A stretch of 64,000 nt of DNA from Patescibacteria group bacterium. GTDB taxonomy: Bacteria; Patescibacteriota; Patescibacteriia; UBA1558; GWA2-36-10. The translations under genes were made by a program, and so were the position numbers. The stretch is from the NCBI GenBank assembly GCA_041665545.1, contig JBAYIQ010000001.1:67495-131494 (forward strand), in the 5' to 3' direction. Numbering within the stretch: the first letter of the stretch is position 1; each line of letters begins with the position of its first letter. This document shows, piece by piece, positions 1-9,371 of the stretch. The notes below the pieces were generated by a model. It ran no database searches, was not told the origin of the DNA, and worked only from the letters and a program-made list of their open reading frames with translations.

Positions 1-1188
1 AAGTTGCTCCTAAATTTATAGGCCTTAATCAGTCTTTCTCGTCTTTTGGCCAATCTATATTTGACAAAAAACCATTCTACTTTAGTTTTGGTCTTGGAAT
101 CTGGCTTGAAGGCGTTCAAATTCATAGTGCTGAATTGTTTCAAAGAGCCAAAAACTGGGGAAATAACACGGCCGGGATTATATTGATCGTGTGGTGAAAG
201 ATAAATTAATCTGATCTTACATTCAAAGCCAATTTTTGCGGCCTTCTTCTGTATCGCTTCCAAGGCGTCTTTTTCTCCGGGTGTCAAATGCAACATGATG
301 CTAGGCAAGTCGTCTTTTTTAACATCTTTTCTTGACTTATCACCTGGTACATCATTCCACCAAAACATTGACTGGCCATTCTCCAAGGTGAAAAGGCCAA
401 ATATTGACGGTAAAATATTTGCGTACCATGATTTTTTTGATTCTGGCGCTTTTTTACCCGCCAATTTCATGGCTGCTTCTTTAGCTTTTTTTTGCCATTT
501 TTCACCATAGCAAGGACGAATCAACAACTGCAACCAAACACGCTCACCATTTCTTATTTTACTCATGGTTTCTATTACCGAAGCCATGGGATCTTTGAAT
601 TCACCACTGACTGAATCCTCAAATTCGGTGTAAGTGCGTATGGGGTAAATTTCCGAAGCTACTGGCACCACTTCTGTGCCCCACATATTATAATCATCAT
701 TGGGAAACTTGGATGAAACATCGGTGGTATAGTCGTTGACTTCGGTTATTTCCGCGTCCGGATACTGTGAATAAATTGAGCTTTCCACTAGGTCTCGCCA
801 ATAGTCGGGTGTTCTAATGAGAAACTGCACATAACCATCAATACTAATGATTTCAAAAGAAAAAGCTAATTGAAAAACTCCTTCCATTTTTTCTTTAAAA
901 CTAATGGGTGTATGAGCACCAGAAAGTGTGGCAAATAATTGCTCGACAGCTTTGGGAGTTTGTTCGGAATCGCGCGGTATGTCAATAGCCAAAAAAATCC
1001 ATTTTATTTTATTGAACCATTTTACTTGCTTATAATTGTGCCAGACATCATAAGCCATCAAGACAACAACAAAAGCATAAATCAAACCCACACCATGAGT
1101 AAAGGCATAGATCATTAGCTCGTCGGCTGGCAGTGAGCCAACCTCAGCCACAGCATTCCAGTCTATTAAAAAAGAAGTCAGATCCATA
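1..1188 (-). CDS. Partial CDS (C-terminus lies beyond the window start). N-terminal TM helix plus domain, paralogous to the N-terminal region of the VirB4/TraC-like ATPase at 17242-19698.
   Basis: Own translation of the minus strand from the ATG at 1186-1188 is open to the window edge (MDLTSFLIDWNAVAE...). It shares the N-terminal TM segment and a domain pattern with the 818-aa VirB4-like protein, the 5' portion of a large gene. Confidence 0.4.
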
Positions 1189-1297
1189 TAGCTCTATTTG
1201 TCTATATTATACAATTTATTAACATTTTTTGCTAGTCAACGGTCAAATAAAATAAAAAAACAACCCACTAGCTTAGTAGAGTTGTTTTCTTATAAAA

Positions 1298-2401
1298 TTA
1301 GGCATTTTTCAAAGAGTATTTTCCGTTTTCGTTTTTAATAAATCTATCTTTGTTCATTAAAGCTAAGGCGACAGTTGTTTCTTTGATCATGCGATGCTTC
1401 AAGACCTCTTCCACAATTTCTTTTTTATTCAATGGTCTATCGCTCTGGCGTAATATTTCTTCGATTACATCAGAAACCACGCCTGGTTTGTAGCCCCATT
1501 CTTTTAGGGCATAAATACCGCGACCAACCAAAACATATTTGTCATCCAAAATCAATTCATTGTGAATAGTGGCTGGATAAGCTTGGCGATGATCAAAATT
1601 CATCTTGTTGATAGTCTCGGCAATTTCGTTGAAATGCATTGGCCTGTTTTCTTTCTTCAAAATCAAATAGATTTTATCATTCATTCTCTTGGGAGAAATA
1701 TCTGGCCAATGAGTCAAACCCCATTCTTCGTAAGGATTTGATTTTAACTTTTTGGTAATATAAATAAAATTCAACACAACTTTATCAGTCAAATTTTCAT
1801 TTTGCTTGTAGTAGTCAGTATCTTGCACTCGGCTCAATAGAGTGTCTAATGGCAAAGGCGCACTGTGTTTCTCCACAATCTCTAACACTTTATCAATGGC
1901 TTGGTCATAAAAATCCACAGAAGACTCGGGAGATTTCCAGTAATCAAAATTTTCTTTTGTTTCTCTGATAAATTGAAAACGGTGTTTTAGTAATTGACCT
2001 AAGATAAAAACCACAGCTGAATGATTGTCGTTGTTATAGCCAGAAGAAGTCAATAATTCTTTAATCAAATTAGCTTCGGCCATTAAGCCGCCATGTTCTG
2101 ACAAAATGCCATTAGTAACATCTTCAATCTCCTGTAAATAAGTTTCATCAAAATTCTTGATGATTTTCTTCAGTGAACTGTTTTCAATCTGCCTGACACG
2201 TTCACGGGTAATAGCATATTCTTTGCCGATGTCTTCTAAAGTTTTTTTGTCATAGCCAGACAAGCCGTGGCGGAGCTTGATAATCTCGCGTTCACGATCA
2301 GTCAGAGCAGTCAAAATGCCGTCTAGCGTTTCATGAGGATTGAAACTAGCTAAATTTGATAAATGTTTGGCTGTAATTACTTGGTCTAAAATTGATTCCA
2401 T
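1298..2401 (-). CDS. Sigma-70 region-4-like HTH protein with a C-terminal winged-helix (HARE-HTH-like) domain
   Basis: N-terminal motif ITRERVRQIENSSLKKI is typical of sigma-70 region 4. The C-terminal part is a wHTH-like segment. 367 aa. Confidence 0.5.
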   Translation of the reverse strand: MESILDQVITAKHLSNLASFNPHETLDGILTALTDREREIIKLRHGLSGYDKKTLEDIGKEYAITRERVRQIENSSLKKIIKNFDETYLQEIEDVTNGILSEHGGLMAEANLIKELLTSSGYNNDNHSAVVFILGQLLKHRFQFIRETKENFDYWKSPESSVDFYDQAIDKVLEIVEKHSAPLPLDTLLSRVQDTDYYKQNENLTDKVVLNFIYITKKLKSNPYEEWGLTHWPDISPKRMNDKIYLILKKENRPMHFNEIAETINKMNFDHRQAYPATIHNELILDDKYVLVGRGIYALKEWGYKPGVVSDVIEEILRQSDRPLNKKEIVEEVLKHRMIKETTVALALMNKDRFIKNENGKYSLKNA

Positions 2402-2475
2402 ATTATTTATTTAAATCAATAAATATTCGATGTTTTTTAATATCCCCCATAGCATAACACATTTATTAAAATAAG

Positions 2476-2509
2476 TCAACCCCAATTTAGTAAAAAACAG
2501 GGGTTGACA
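2476..2509 (-). terminator. Perfect 9-bp inverted repeat (GTCAACCCC...GGGGTTGAC) downstream of secF
   Basis: Hairpin seen directly in the sequence. It is followed by T-rich sequence on the minus strand. Confidence 0.4.
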
Positions 2510-2517
2510 AAAAAGAT

Positions 2518-2629
2518 AATATTTTGGCTACCCGCCTTGACTCGCCTACTTTTATAGTAAACTATTTTTTTAGCTAATATTAGCTAAAAATAAGACAAAA
2601 TATCACCTAAGGCGAGGCAGGATTTTAGC
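2518..2629. repeat. Copy 1 of a ~115-nt intergenic repeat (AATATTTTGGCTACCCGCCTTGACTCGCC ... AAGGCGAGGCAGGATTTTAGC)
   Basis: The 29-nt left arm and 21-nt right arm are identical to the copy at 17111-17226. The arms are partly complementary. The centre contains a CTAATATTAGC palindrome. The right arm overlaps the secF stop codon. Confidence 0.7.
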
Positions 2630-3530
2630 GCTTTTTATTAAACAATAATAATAGCGGTGAGGCAATAAATATTGATGAGTAAGTTCCCACTACCACACCA
2701 ATCAACAAAGCTAGGGCCAGATATCTGGTGCTTTCTCCGCCAAAAAGTAGTATGGCTAGCAGGGCCAAAAAGGTCGTCAAGGAGGTATTTAAAGAGCGGA
2801 CTATAGTTTGGTTGATGCTGATGTTAATAATTTCTTCAAAGTTGTCATAACTGCGACTTTTGAAAAGATTTTCTCGAATACGATCAAAAGTAACGATGGT
2901 ATCATGGACTGAGAAGCCCAACAAGGTTAATAAAGCGGTCACAAACAAACTATCTACTTCTACTCCAGCAAATCTACCTAAGAAAACAAAGACGCCAGTC
3001 ACCACCAAGACATCATGAATCAAAGCAATGATAGCTGAAACTCCATACTTCCATGATTCTACTGGTTTGGATACTTTTCTAAAAGCGTAAGCAATATATA
3101 AAACTATAAAAACCAAAACAATAACAATCGCCTGAATGGCTTTGGTTTTTAATTCTTTGCCTAAAGATGGTCCAATAGACTCAAACTTATTTTCTGAAAA
3201 AGTATTATTGTCAGTATTGGCTACTTTTATTCCAGACAAAGCTTTGACAATTTCCTGATGACGAGTTTCGTCAATATTTTGGAAACGGAAAATATAATCT
3301 TTTTCTCCAGATGGCTGAACTATAACATCAGCTATATTTACCTGACTGAAAACTGTCTTAACCTCATCTGCGCTAGGTCGCTGTTGTGAGTAAGTGACGT
3401 CCATCAAGCTTCCACCAGTAAAATCCAAACCGTATTTTAGTCCCCAAAGAAACCAACCAAGTATTGAAATAGAAACAAGCACTATTGAAACGGTGTACCA
3501 AATTTTTCTTGTTTGAATGATTTTGAACAT
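2625..3530 (-). CDS. secF: Protein translocase subunit SecF
   Basis: 301 aa, 6 TM, SecF architecture, immediately downstream of secD. Confidence 0.85.
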   Translation of the reverse strand: MFKIIQTRKIWYTVSIVLVSISILGWFLWGLKYGLDFTGGSLMDVTYSQQRPSADEVKTVFSQVNIADVIVQPSGEKDYIFRFQNIDETRHQEIVKALSGIKVANTDNNTFSENKFESIGPSLGKELKTKAIQAIVIVLVFIVLYIAYAFRKVSKPVESWKYGVSAIIALIHDVLVVTGVFVFLGRFAGVEVDSLFVTALLTLLGFSVHDTIVTFDRIRENLFKSRSYDNFEEIINISINQTIVRSLNTSLTTFLALLAILLFGGESTRYLALALLIGVVVGTYSSIFIASPLLLLFNKKR

Positions 3531-3535
3531 ATTTT

Positions 3536-5215
3536 TTATTCCTCAGTTTTTTCTAATTTTACACCAAACCAGCCGAGTTTATTTTCTAGTTTTTTATTAA
3601 CCACCAAACGCATAATGGTGTGAGTCACAGTAAGAGCGGAAAACATGGATACCAAAATACCAATACCCAAAGTTATAGCAAAACCTTTGATAATCGAAGT
3701 GCCAAACCAAGCCAGAATCACACAAGTGATAATTGACGAAAAGTTTGAATCTCTAATTGATGGCCAAGCTCTCTCAAATCCATCTTCAATGGCTGTAACT
3801 AAATTTTTGCCATTGTAAAGCTCTTCTTTGGTGCGCTCAAATATCAAAACATTGGCATCAACGGCCATACCAATAGATAGAATAAAACCAGCAATACCGG
3901 CCATAGTCATAGTCACTGGTATTAATTCAAATATTGATAAACTGACTACGGTATAGATACCCAAAGCAATGACAGCCAAGAAACCCGGCAAGCGATAAAA
4001 CAGCAACATAAACAAAGCGGCGGCCAAGAAACCAATAATGCCAGCCAACAAACTCTGGGTCAAAGAAATCTTACCTAAAGTCGGTCCAATAGTCTGTTGG
4101 GTGAGCAAGCTAATCGGCACTGGTAAAGCACCCAAGTTCAAATCTTTGACTAATTGCTTGGCTTCGGCAATAGTAAACTTGCCAGAGATCTGAGCTGAAC
4201 CATCTTTGATGGCTTCTTGAACTACTGGACTGGAGCGCAATGATCCATCCAAAAATATACCAATTGGTTTTCCAACATTAGCTTCAGTCAAAGAGGCAAA
4301 AACAGTTGTGCCTTCTTCATCAAAATCAAGTAAAACCATTGGATCTTGGGTATTGGGGTCAAATTGTAGTTGCGCTTTTTTTATATTTTTACCACCCAAG
4401 GTAGTATCCAGCCAATTATTATTCAAATCAGCGTTTGCTTTGGCAAATAAAATATGCGCGGCATGCACTTCTAGTACACCATCAACTGTAGTGCGCTCCT
4501 CTATTTTTTTTATAATATGATAGCCAAACTGAGATTCCACTAATTGCTTACTGATTTGTCCGGATTTTAAATCTTCAAAAATAGCTTTGTCAAACTCGGG
4601 TACAAAAGTATCTTTTTTGGCCCAGCCCAAATCACCGCCAGCGTCTTTTGAGCCCGGATCTTCGCTGAATTCTTTGGCTAGCTTGGCAAAATCCTCATTT
4701 TTTAGGGCGCGCTTCAAGACTTCTTCGGCTTTCAAACGAGTAGCGTCATTATCAGTTGAACTTGTATCTGCTCCTTGAGTTTTGAATTCTAATAGCGGTG
4801 TCTTATCAATGATTTTTATAGCTTCATTGACATCAGTAACGCCGGCTAATTCTACAATAATACGATAATTTTCTCCACTGTAGTTGGTCTGGACCAGTGG
4901 CTCAGAAACACCGTAGGCATTGACCCGTCTTTCAATGACGTCCCGTAGGGCTTCCACACGGTCACGACGCTCGCTATTAGGCACGTTGGTAACATCGGCC
5001 TGATAAACAAGATGGGTGCCACCCTGTAAATCAAGACCCAGATGCATTTTGACCTTATTTACCCAATGATCTTTGGGTAAAAAAGACACATTTGGCAGAA
5101 CAAAAAGTATAGCCATTATTGTCAAAATAGCTATAAATATCCCTGTCCATCTGAGCCGATTTTTGCTAATAAGCTTGTGTTGCTGTGGATAACTATATTT
5201 ATTCATAATTTCCAA
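3536..5215 (-). CDS. secD: Protein translocase subunit SecD
   Basis: 559 aa, N-terminal TM, large periplasmic domain, C-terminal 5 TM. Precedes secF. Confidence 0.85.
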   Translation of the reverse strand: MEIMNKYSYPQQHKLISKNRLRWTGIFIAILTIMAILFVLPNVSFLPKDHWVNKVKMHLGLDLQGGTHLVYQADVTNVPNSERRDRVEALRDVIERRVNAYGVSEPLVQTNYSGENYRIIVELAGVTDVNEAIKIIDKTPLLEFKTQGADTSSTDNDATRLKAEEVLKRALKNEDFAKLAKEFSEDPGSKDAGGDLGWAKKDTFVPEFDKAIFEDLKSGQISKQLVESQFGYHIIKKIEERTTVDGVLEVHAAHILFAKANADLNNNWLDTTLGGKNIKKAQLQFDPNTQDPMVLLDFDEEGTTVFASLTEANVGKPIGIFLDGSLRSSPVVQEAIKDGSAQISGKFTIAEAKQLVKDLNLGALPVPISLLTQQTIGPTLGKISLTQSLLAGIIGFLAAALFMLLFYRLPGFLAVIALGIYTVVSLSIFELIPVTMTMAGIAGFILSIGMAVDANVLIFERTKEELYNGKNLVTAIEDGFERAWPSIRDSNFSSIITCVILAWFGTSIIKGFAITLGIGILVSMFSALTVTHTIMRLVVNKKLENKLGWFGVKLEKTEE

Positions 5216-5273
5216 GTTTTTAAATAAATAACCAACTCATTTTAACACAAATAACAATTTTGACAAGTATAGA

Positions 5274-5300
5274 AAAACCCCTGCCTTAGCACAGGGTTTA
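5274..5300 (-). terminator. Rho-independent terminator (CCCTG/CAGGG stem plus T-run on the minus strand)
   Basis: Hairpin AAACCCTGtgctaaggCAGGGGTTTTT read on the minus strand, downstream of the 5383-5799 gene. Confidence 0.45.
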
Positions 5301-5382
5301 AAAGGTCTTTTTGGGTAAAAAAAGAAAGACCCTATTCTAACCCGGGTCTCAATGGGTTGATCCGAAGACCAAGATGCATGTC

Positions 5383-5799
5383 TTACTTATAGACGCCATA
5401 AAGCGTCAAAAGAAAGACGAGTAAGAATTGACAGGAATGGATAATGATTCTTGCCCTCTTACTGACATTGGGATCAGTGGCCATGCCAATAACTAAAACG
5501 ACAATAAGGGCAATGACCAAAACAAAGTCAAGAAAGAGATTAAAAAAAATTGATATGGGCCTGCCGACGTTGATAGCAAACGCGGTAAAAGCAGTCATAC
5601 CGGTAGCGAGGACAAGAGCAAAAAAAGCAACGAAGGACTCATTTTTGTCGACGCCAAAAATGCAACAGGCGATCACAGCGGTTGCAACCACAGCAATGAG
5701 GGCGAAGCCGTTATTATTCGTAAGGCCCAGGACAACAAAAAACGCCACCAAAGCCGTGATTGTGGTGACCAGTTGCTGCACGATCATCTTCTTCATCAC
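5383..5799 (-). CDS. Small polytopic membrane protein, unknown function
   Basis: 138 aa, about 4 hydrophobic helices. The overlapping plus-strand ORF is rich in R/K and looks like a frame artefact. Confidence 0.5.
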   Translation of the reverse strand: MMKKMIVQQLVTTITALVAFFVVLGLTNNNGFALIAVVATAVIACCIFGVDKNESFVAFFALVLATGMTAFTAFAINVGRPISIFFNLFLDFVLVIALIVVLVIGMATDPNVSKRARIIIHSCQFLLVFLLTLYGVYK

Positions 5800-5967
5800 A
5801 ATCTCCTTTCATGTCATGGAACAAAACTAATGGGCTGAAATGCCCAATTTTTAGTTTTCAAGTTACCCTATAATAATCTACCAATTCTGTCAATATCTAA
5901 AATAAAAATTTCAGATAAAAAACACTCAAATGAGTTTGAGTGTTTTTTATTATAAAATAATATTAAA

Positions 5968-8073
5968 TTATTTTTTTTCTGATTCAGCAGTGGCTAGATC
6001 AAAAGTTTTTTGCTCTTCCCAGCTCTTTTCATCATAAACCTTGATTTCATTCTCACCAATTATATAGAAAGAGTCGTTGACAAAGATAGCGCGTTTGACT
6101 TGAGTCATTTGAGCGGCCTTGACCAAAGATAATTTATCATTGTCATAGCTCAACACATATCCGCCTTTACTACCCGGTATAAAGAAAACTTTATACTTTT
6201 GGTCCATCATAAAAGCTCGAGAATTACTATTGACTTCAGTATAATATTCATCTAAAGAATATTTATATAATTCTTTTGGATCAGAAGCATTGGAAACATC
6301 AAACAAAGAAATTTTTACTTTGTTGGCTTCCTCACCAACACCAATAATTCTATCTTTATTTATGGGATGCAAATAGGAAGAATAGCCGGGTATTTTCAAC
6401 TCGCCTTTTTTAATTGGATTCTTGGCATCACTCAAATCAATCACATAAAATGGATCCGTCTGCCTAAAAGTCACTATGTAAGCTTTGTCTTCAATAAATC
6501 TGGCGCTGTATATGCGTTCAGTCAAACCCATGTCTAATAATTTACCAACGATTTTGAGATCATCACCCAACACATACAGATCATTGGCGCTTTCACCGTT
6601 GCTACCAAAAGACGAATCCCACATACCGCCCAAAGTAGTAGCGATTCTCAAATTGCCTTTGTATTCGTCTAGCGACCATTGATTTAGTGGCGAACCAGGA
6701 ATACCACCGCTAGCTTTGACCTTCAAATTGTCGATGCCAATTTTTACAATTCCCGTATTAGCTAAATTTCTTTTATTATTTTTATAATAATTTTGAAAAC
6801 GATTTTGTAATTCAGTTTGCACTCGAAGTTGTTCGTCTTTACCCAAACTTTTTTGCCAATTCTCAATGATAATCTGTAGCTCCATCATCTTGGTGTAATT
6901 ACTCAAATCATAAGATTTTAGTTTGTTCACTTTTTCTTGAACACTAGCAGTCAGTAGATCAGTCGCCTCTTTATTAATAAAATCCGAATAAAAAGTGAAC
7001 ATATCAATTGACTGCGGATAAGTAATATACAAATTATCCGTTGACATATAGACCACTGATTGCCCCGCACTGGCCACAAAAGAAGTAGTGTCACCTACTT
7101 TACCAGACTTGATGTCAATCTTCATGGCCACATAAGTTGAATCAGCCGGGATTGGAGAAACTGGATGATAAATATCATTGCAAGCAATGCTAAGTTTTTC
7201 GTCATTATAAGTCAGTGGCTGAATAGGGCAGGGCTCAGTCCCATTGATATAAGTGTGGGTCACTAAATAAATATTATCATTATACAATCTGGCCTGATCA
7301 AATACTGTTTGGGAGTTGGAATCTAGCTTGATGGTCCACTTTTTTTCTGGTTTGGCTCGATTGCTAATATCATAGCCATTTATTTCATTACCAGAAAATA
7401 CCACCAACATATTATCTTTGACCAATAACTCGCCCGCCTTATCAATCTGGGATAATAATTTCATGTCAGTCAATGGCCAAGATTTAATAATATCGGTTTC
7501 AGCTGTTACTTGTTGTTGGGGATAATAGCTATCCACTGGAACTGGGACCATCATTCTCTCATAAGCATAATAATTTCCTTGCTTGGCATAGAAAATATTT
7601 TGACCATCAGTCTTTAAAACATCGGGCTCATCAATACCAGCCACTTGCACATTGGTTTCAGAAAATCTTTCGGCGTTAGCTGATCCGCTTCCACTAGGCG
7701 TGGTCTTGATGCTATCCTCCGCCATCATCGGAGCGTTCACCATAACATCTCTTGAAATAGTATTCATGCCACCATAGTAATCGGAGCTAGCCAGCAGCTG
7801 ACCTTGTGTGAGATAATCTTTGAATTCATCGACTGATTTGAATTTAGCCACTTCAGTACTAAAATCATAGTTACTTGTACCGTTGTTATTATTAATTGGT
7901 GGCAGTTTTTTCTGGCGATCATTAATATTGTTAGCTAATAAAAGCAAGCCGACCCCAATAACCAACAAAAATAAAACAATCACTAAAGATGCTTTCATGT
8001 TTCCGTAGTGATTAAGAATATTGTTGATTAATTTTTTTTGTTTTTTAGAATTTTTCTTTTTGTCTATTTTCAT
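5968..8073 (-). CDS. Secreted or membrane-anchored beta-propeller domain protein (Beta_propel-like)
   Basis: 701 aa with an N-terminal Lys-rich signal anchor. The C-terminal half has repeated strand-rich segments typical of a beta-propeller. Confidence 0.5.
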   Translation of the reverse strand: MKIDKKKNSKKQKKLINNILNHYGNMKASLVIVLFLLVIGVGLLLLANNINDRQKKLPPINNNNGTSNYDFSTEVAKFKSVDEFKDYLTQGQLLASSDYYGGMNTISRDVMVNAPMMAEDSIKTTPSGSGSANAERFSETNVQVAGIDEPDVLKTDGQNIFYAKQGNYYAYERMMVPVPVDSYYPQQQVTAETDIIKSWPLTDMKLLSQIDKAGELLVKDNMLVVFSGNEINGYDISNRAKPEKKWTIKLDSNSQTVFDQARLYNDNIYLVTHTYINGTEPCPIQPLTYNDEKLSIACNDIYHPVSPIPADSTYVAMKIDIKSGKVGDTTSFVASAGQSVVYMSTDNLYITYPQSIDMFTFYSDFINKEATDLLTASVQEKVNKLKSYDLSNYTKMMELQIIIENWQKSLGKDEQLRVQTELQNRFQNYYKNNKRNLANTGIVKIGIDNLKVKASGGIPGSPLNQWSLDEYKGNLRIATTLGGMWDSSFGSNGESANDLYVLGDDLKIVGKLLDMGLTERIYSARFIEDKAYIVTFRQTDPFYVIDLSDAKNPIKKGELKIPGYSSYLHPINKDRIIGVGEEANKVKISLFDVSNASDPKELYKYSLDEYYTEVNSNSRAFMMDQKYKVFFIPGSKGGYVLSYDNDKLSLVKAAQMTQVKRAIFVNDSFYIIGENEIKVYDEKSWEEQKTFDLATAESEKK

Positions 8074-8114
8074 ATATTTTTATTACTTATAAATTATAAT
8101 TATAGCACAAAACA

Positions 8115-8816
8115 CTAGCCACCGCCAAACCTTCTTTGGCGATTACTGAACTCCAACAAAGCTTCATCAAAATCATCTTTGGTAAATTCTGGCCACATTT
8201 TTTTGACAAAATATAATTCGCTGTAGACTGATTGCCAAGTCAAAAAGCCAGACAGTCTTTGTTCGCCTGATGTTCTAATAATAAAATCTGGGTCAGGCAA
8301 ATTACTGGTGTATAAATTTTTACTAAACAACTCTTCAGTAATTTCTGACGCTGGTATTTTATTTTTAATTATATTTTTTACAGCATTGATAATTTCATCA
8401 CGACCACCATAATTAACGCATAGATTCAAAATGCCTTTTTTGACTTCAGTGGTTTTTTCTTCGGAATTAGCTATGGCTCTTTGCAAATCAGTGCTAAATC
8501 TAGTCTTGTCACCTAATATTTGTAATTTAATCCCCTTTTCAGCTAAATTATTTGTTTCTTTATCTAAAAAAGTACTGAACAATTTAAATAAATAATTTAC
8601 TTCCTCCTCACTGCGCTTCCAGTTTTCCGTAGAAAAAGCAAAAATAGTCAAAATTTTGACGCCTTTGGCCAAAGCATATTCAGCAATTTCTTTTACCTTA
8701 TCAGAACCAACTCTGTGCCCTTCTAAGGTGGGTAAATTATGCGCTTTGGCCCAACGCCTATTGCCATCAATTATAATTCCGATGTGATTCGGCACTATTA
8801 TATCTTTTGAATTCAT
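8115..8816 (-). CDS. uppS: Undecaprenyl-diphosphate synthase (isoprenyl transferase)
   Basis: IIDGNRRWA and RTSGEQRLSGFLTWQ motifs. Start placed at the internal ATG (MNSKDII) rather than the longer ORF. Confidence 0.85.
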   Translation of the reverse strand: MNSKDIIVPNHIGIIIDGNRRWAKAHNLPTLEGHRVGSDKVKEIAEYALAKGVKILTIFAFSTENWKRSEEEVNYLFKLFSTFLDKETNNLAEKGIKLQILGDKTRFSTDLQRAIANSEEKTTEVKKGILNLCVNYGGRDEIINAVKNIIKNKIPASEITEELFSKNLYTSNLPDPDFIIRTSGEQRLSGFLTWQSVYSELYFVKKMWPEFTKDDFDEALLEFSNRQRRFGGG

Positions 8817-8857
8817 TTTTTTATTATAGCAATATAAAATCTGCTTGAAAAGGGTGC

Positions 8858-8899
8858 TAAAAAAATAAAGCCCCCCCCTCAAGCTCTGCTTAAGGGGGG
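8858..8899 (-). terminator. Intrinsic terminator (7-8 bp C/G stem plus a long T-run on the minus strand)
   Basis: CCCCCCCC-13 nt-GGGGGG hairpin followed by TTTATTTTTTT on the minus strand. It sits just after the stop of the 8912-9208 gene. Confidence 0.6.
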
Positions 8900-8911
8900 T
8901 AATGGCCAGCA

Positions 8912-9208
8912 TCAACGCACTTTGTGTTTGAACCAACGGGCGAGGCGTTTCTTTTCAAGAATAAAAAAACGCAATGGTATCAATTGTGCCCGATGAGAAC
9001 GCGTTTGGGCATCACACCAGATACGTTTCCAGGCAAGCTGGTCATCTGTTTCCAAAACAAAACCTGCTGTCTGTAGGGCAACGGTAGCTTCTTGCTCGTT
9101 CTTGAATGGTCCAAAGATGACACCACTGCGATCACCTTCATAACTATGACGAATTTCTACCTCTAGTATTTCACTAGAGCCACATCCTACAAGCACAAAA
9201 CACTGCAT
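8912..9208 (-). CDS. GC-rich small hypothetical protein (98 aa) with a basic C-terminal tail
   Basis: AGGAGG RBS 7 nt upstream of ATG CAG TGT. GC content is far above that of its neighbours. It has its own promoter and terminator. Confidence 0.55.
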   Translation of the reverse strand: MQCFVLVGCGSSEILEVEIRHSYEGDRSGVIFGPFKNEQEATVALQTAGFVLETDDQLAWKRIWCDAQTRSHRAQLIPLRFFILEKKRLARWFKHKVR

Positions 9209-9252
9209 GACCTGCCTCCTTTGATGTTTGTTCAAATAACTTTCAACAACAT

Positions 9253-9281
9253 AATATATCATTATATTTATCTTTTGTCAA
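9253..9281 (-). promoter_or_regulatory. Sigma70-like promoter on the minus strand (TTGACA-17-TATATT) for the 8912-9208 cassette
   Basis: Reverse complement reads TTGACAaaagataaatataatgaTATATT. Confidence 0.5.
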
Positions 9282-9371
9282 TATTTTGTACCCGGATATT
9301 ATTTGTTATAAATAAATAATTTTTTTAACAAAACAAAAAAGCGGTCTATTAAATAAGCCGCTTTTTAAAAT

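Noticed and set aside
4308-4778. Multiple 60-125-aa antisense ORFs inside secD, typA, murJ, GT genes and others
   Set aside because: They are embedded in well-supported longer genes on the opposite strand and show low-complexity composition. These are typical six-frame noise.
5444-5830. 128-aa plus-strand ORF overlapping the 5383-5799 membrane protein gene
   Set aside because: Its R/K-rich, low-complexity translation is typical of an out-of-frame artefact. The minus-strand ORF encodes a coherent multi-TM protein.
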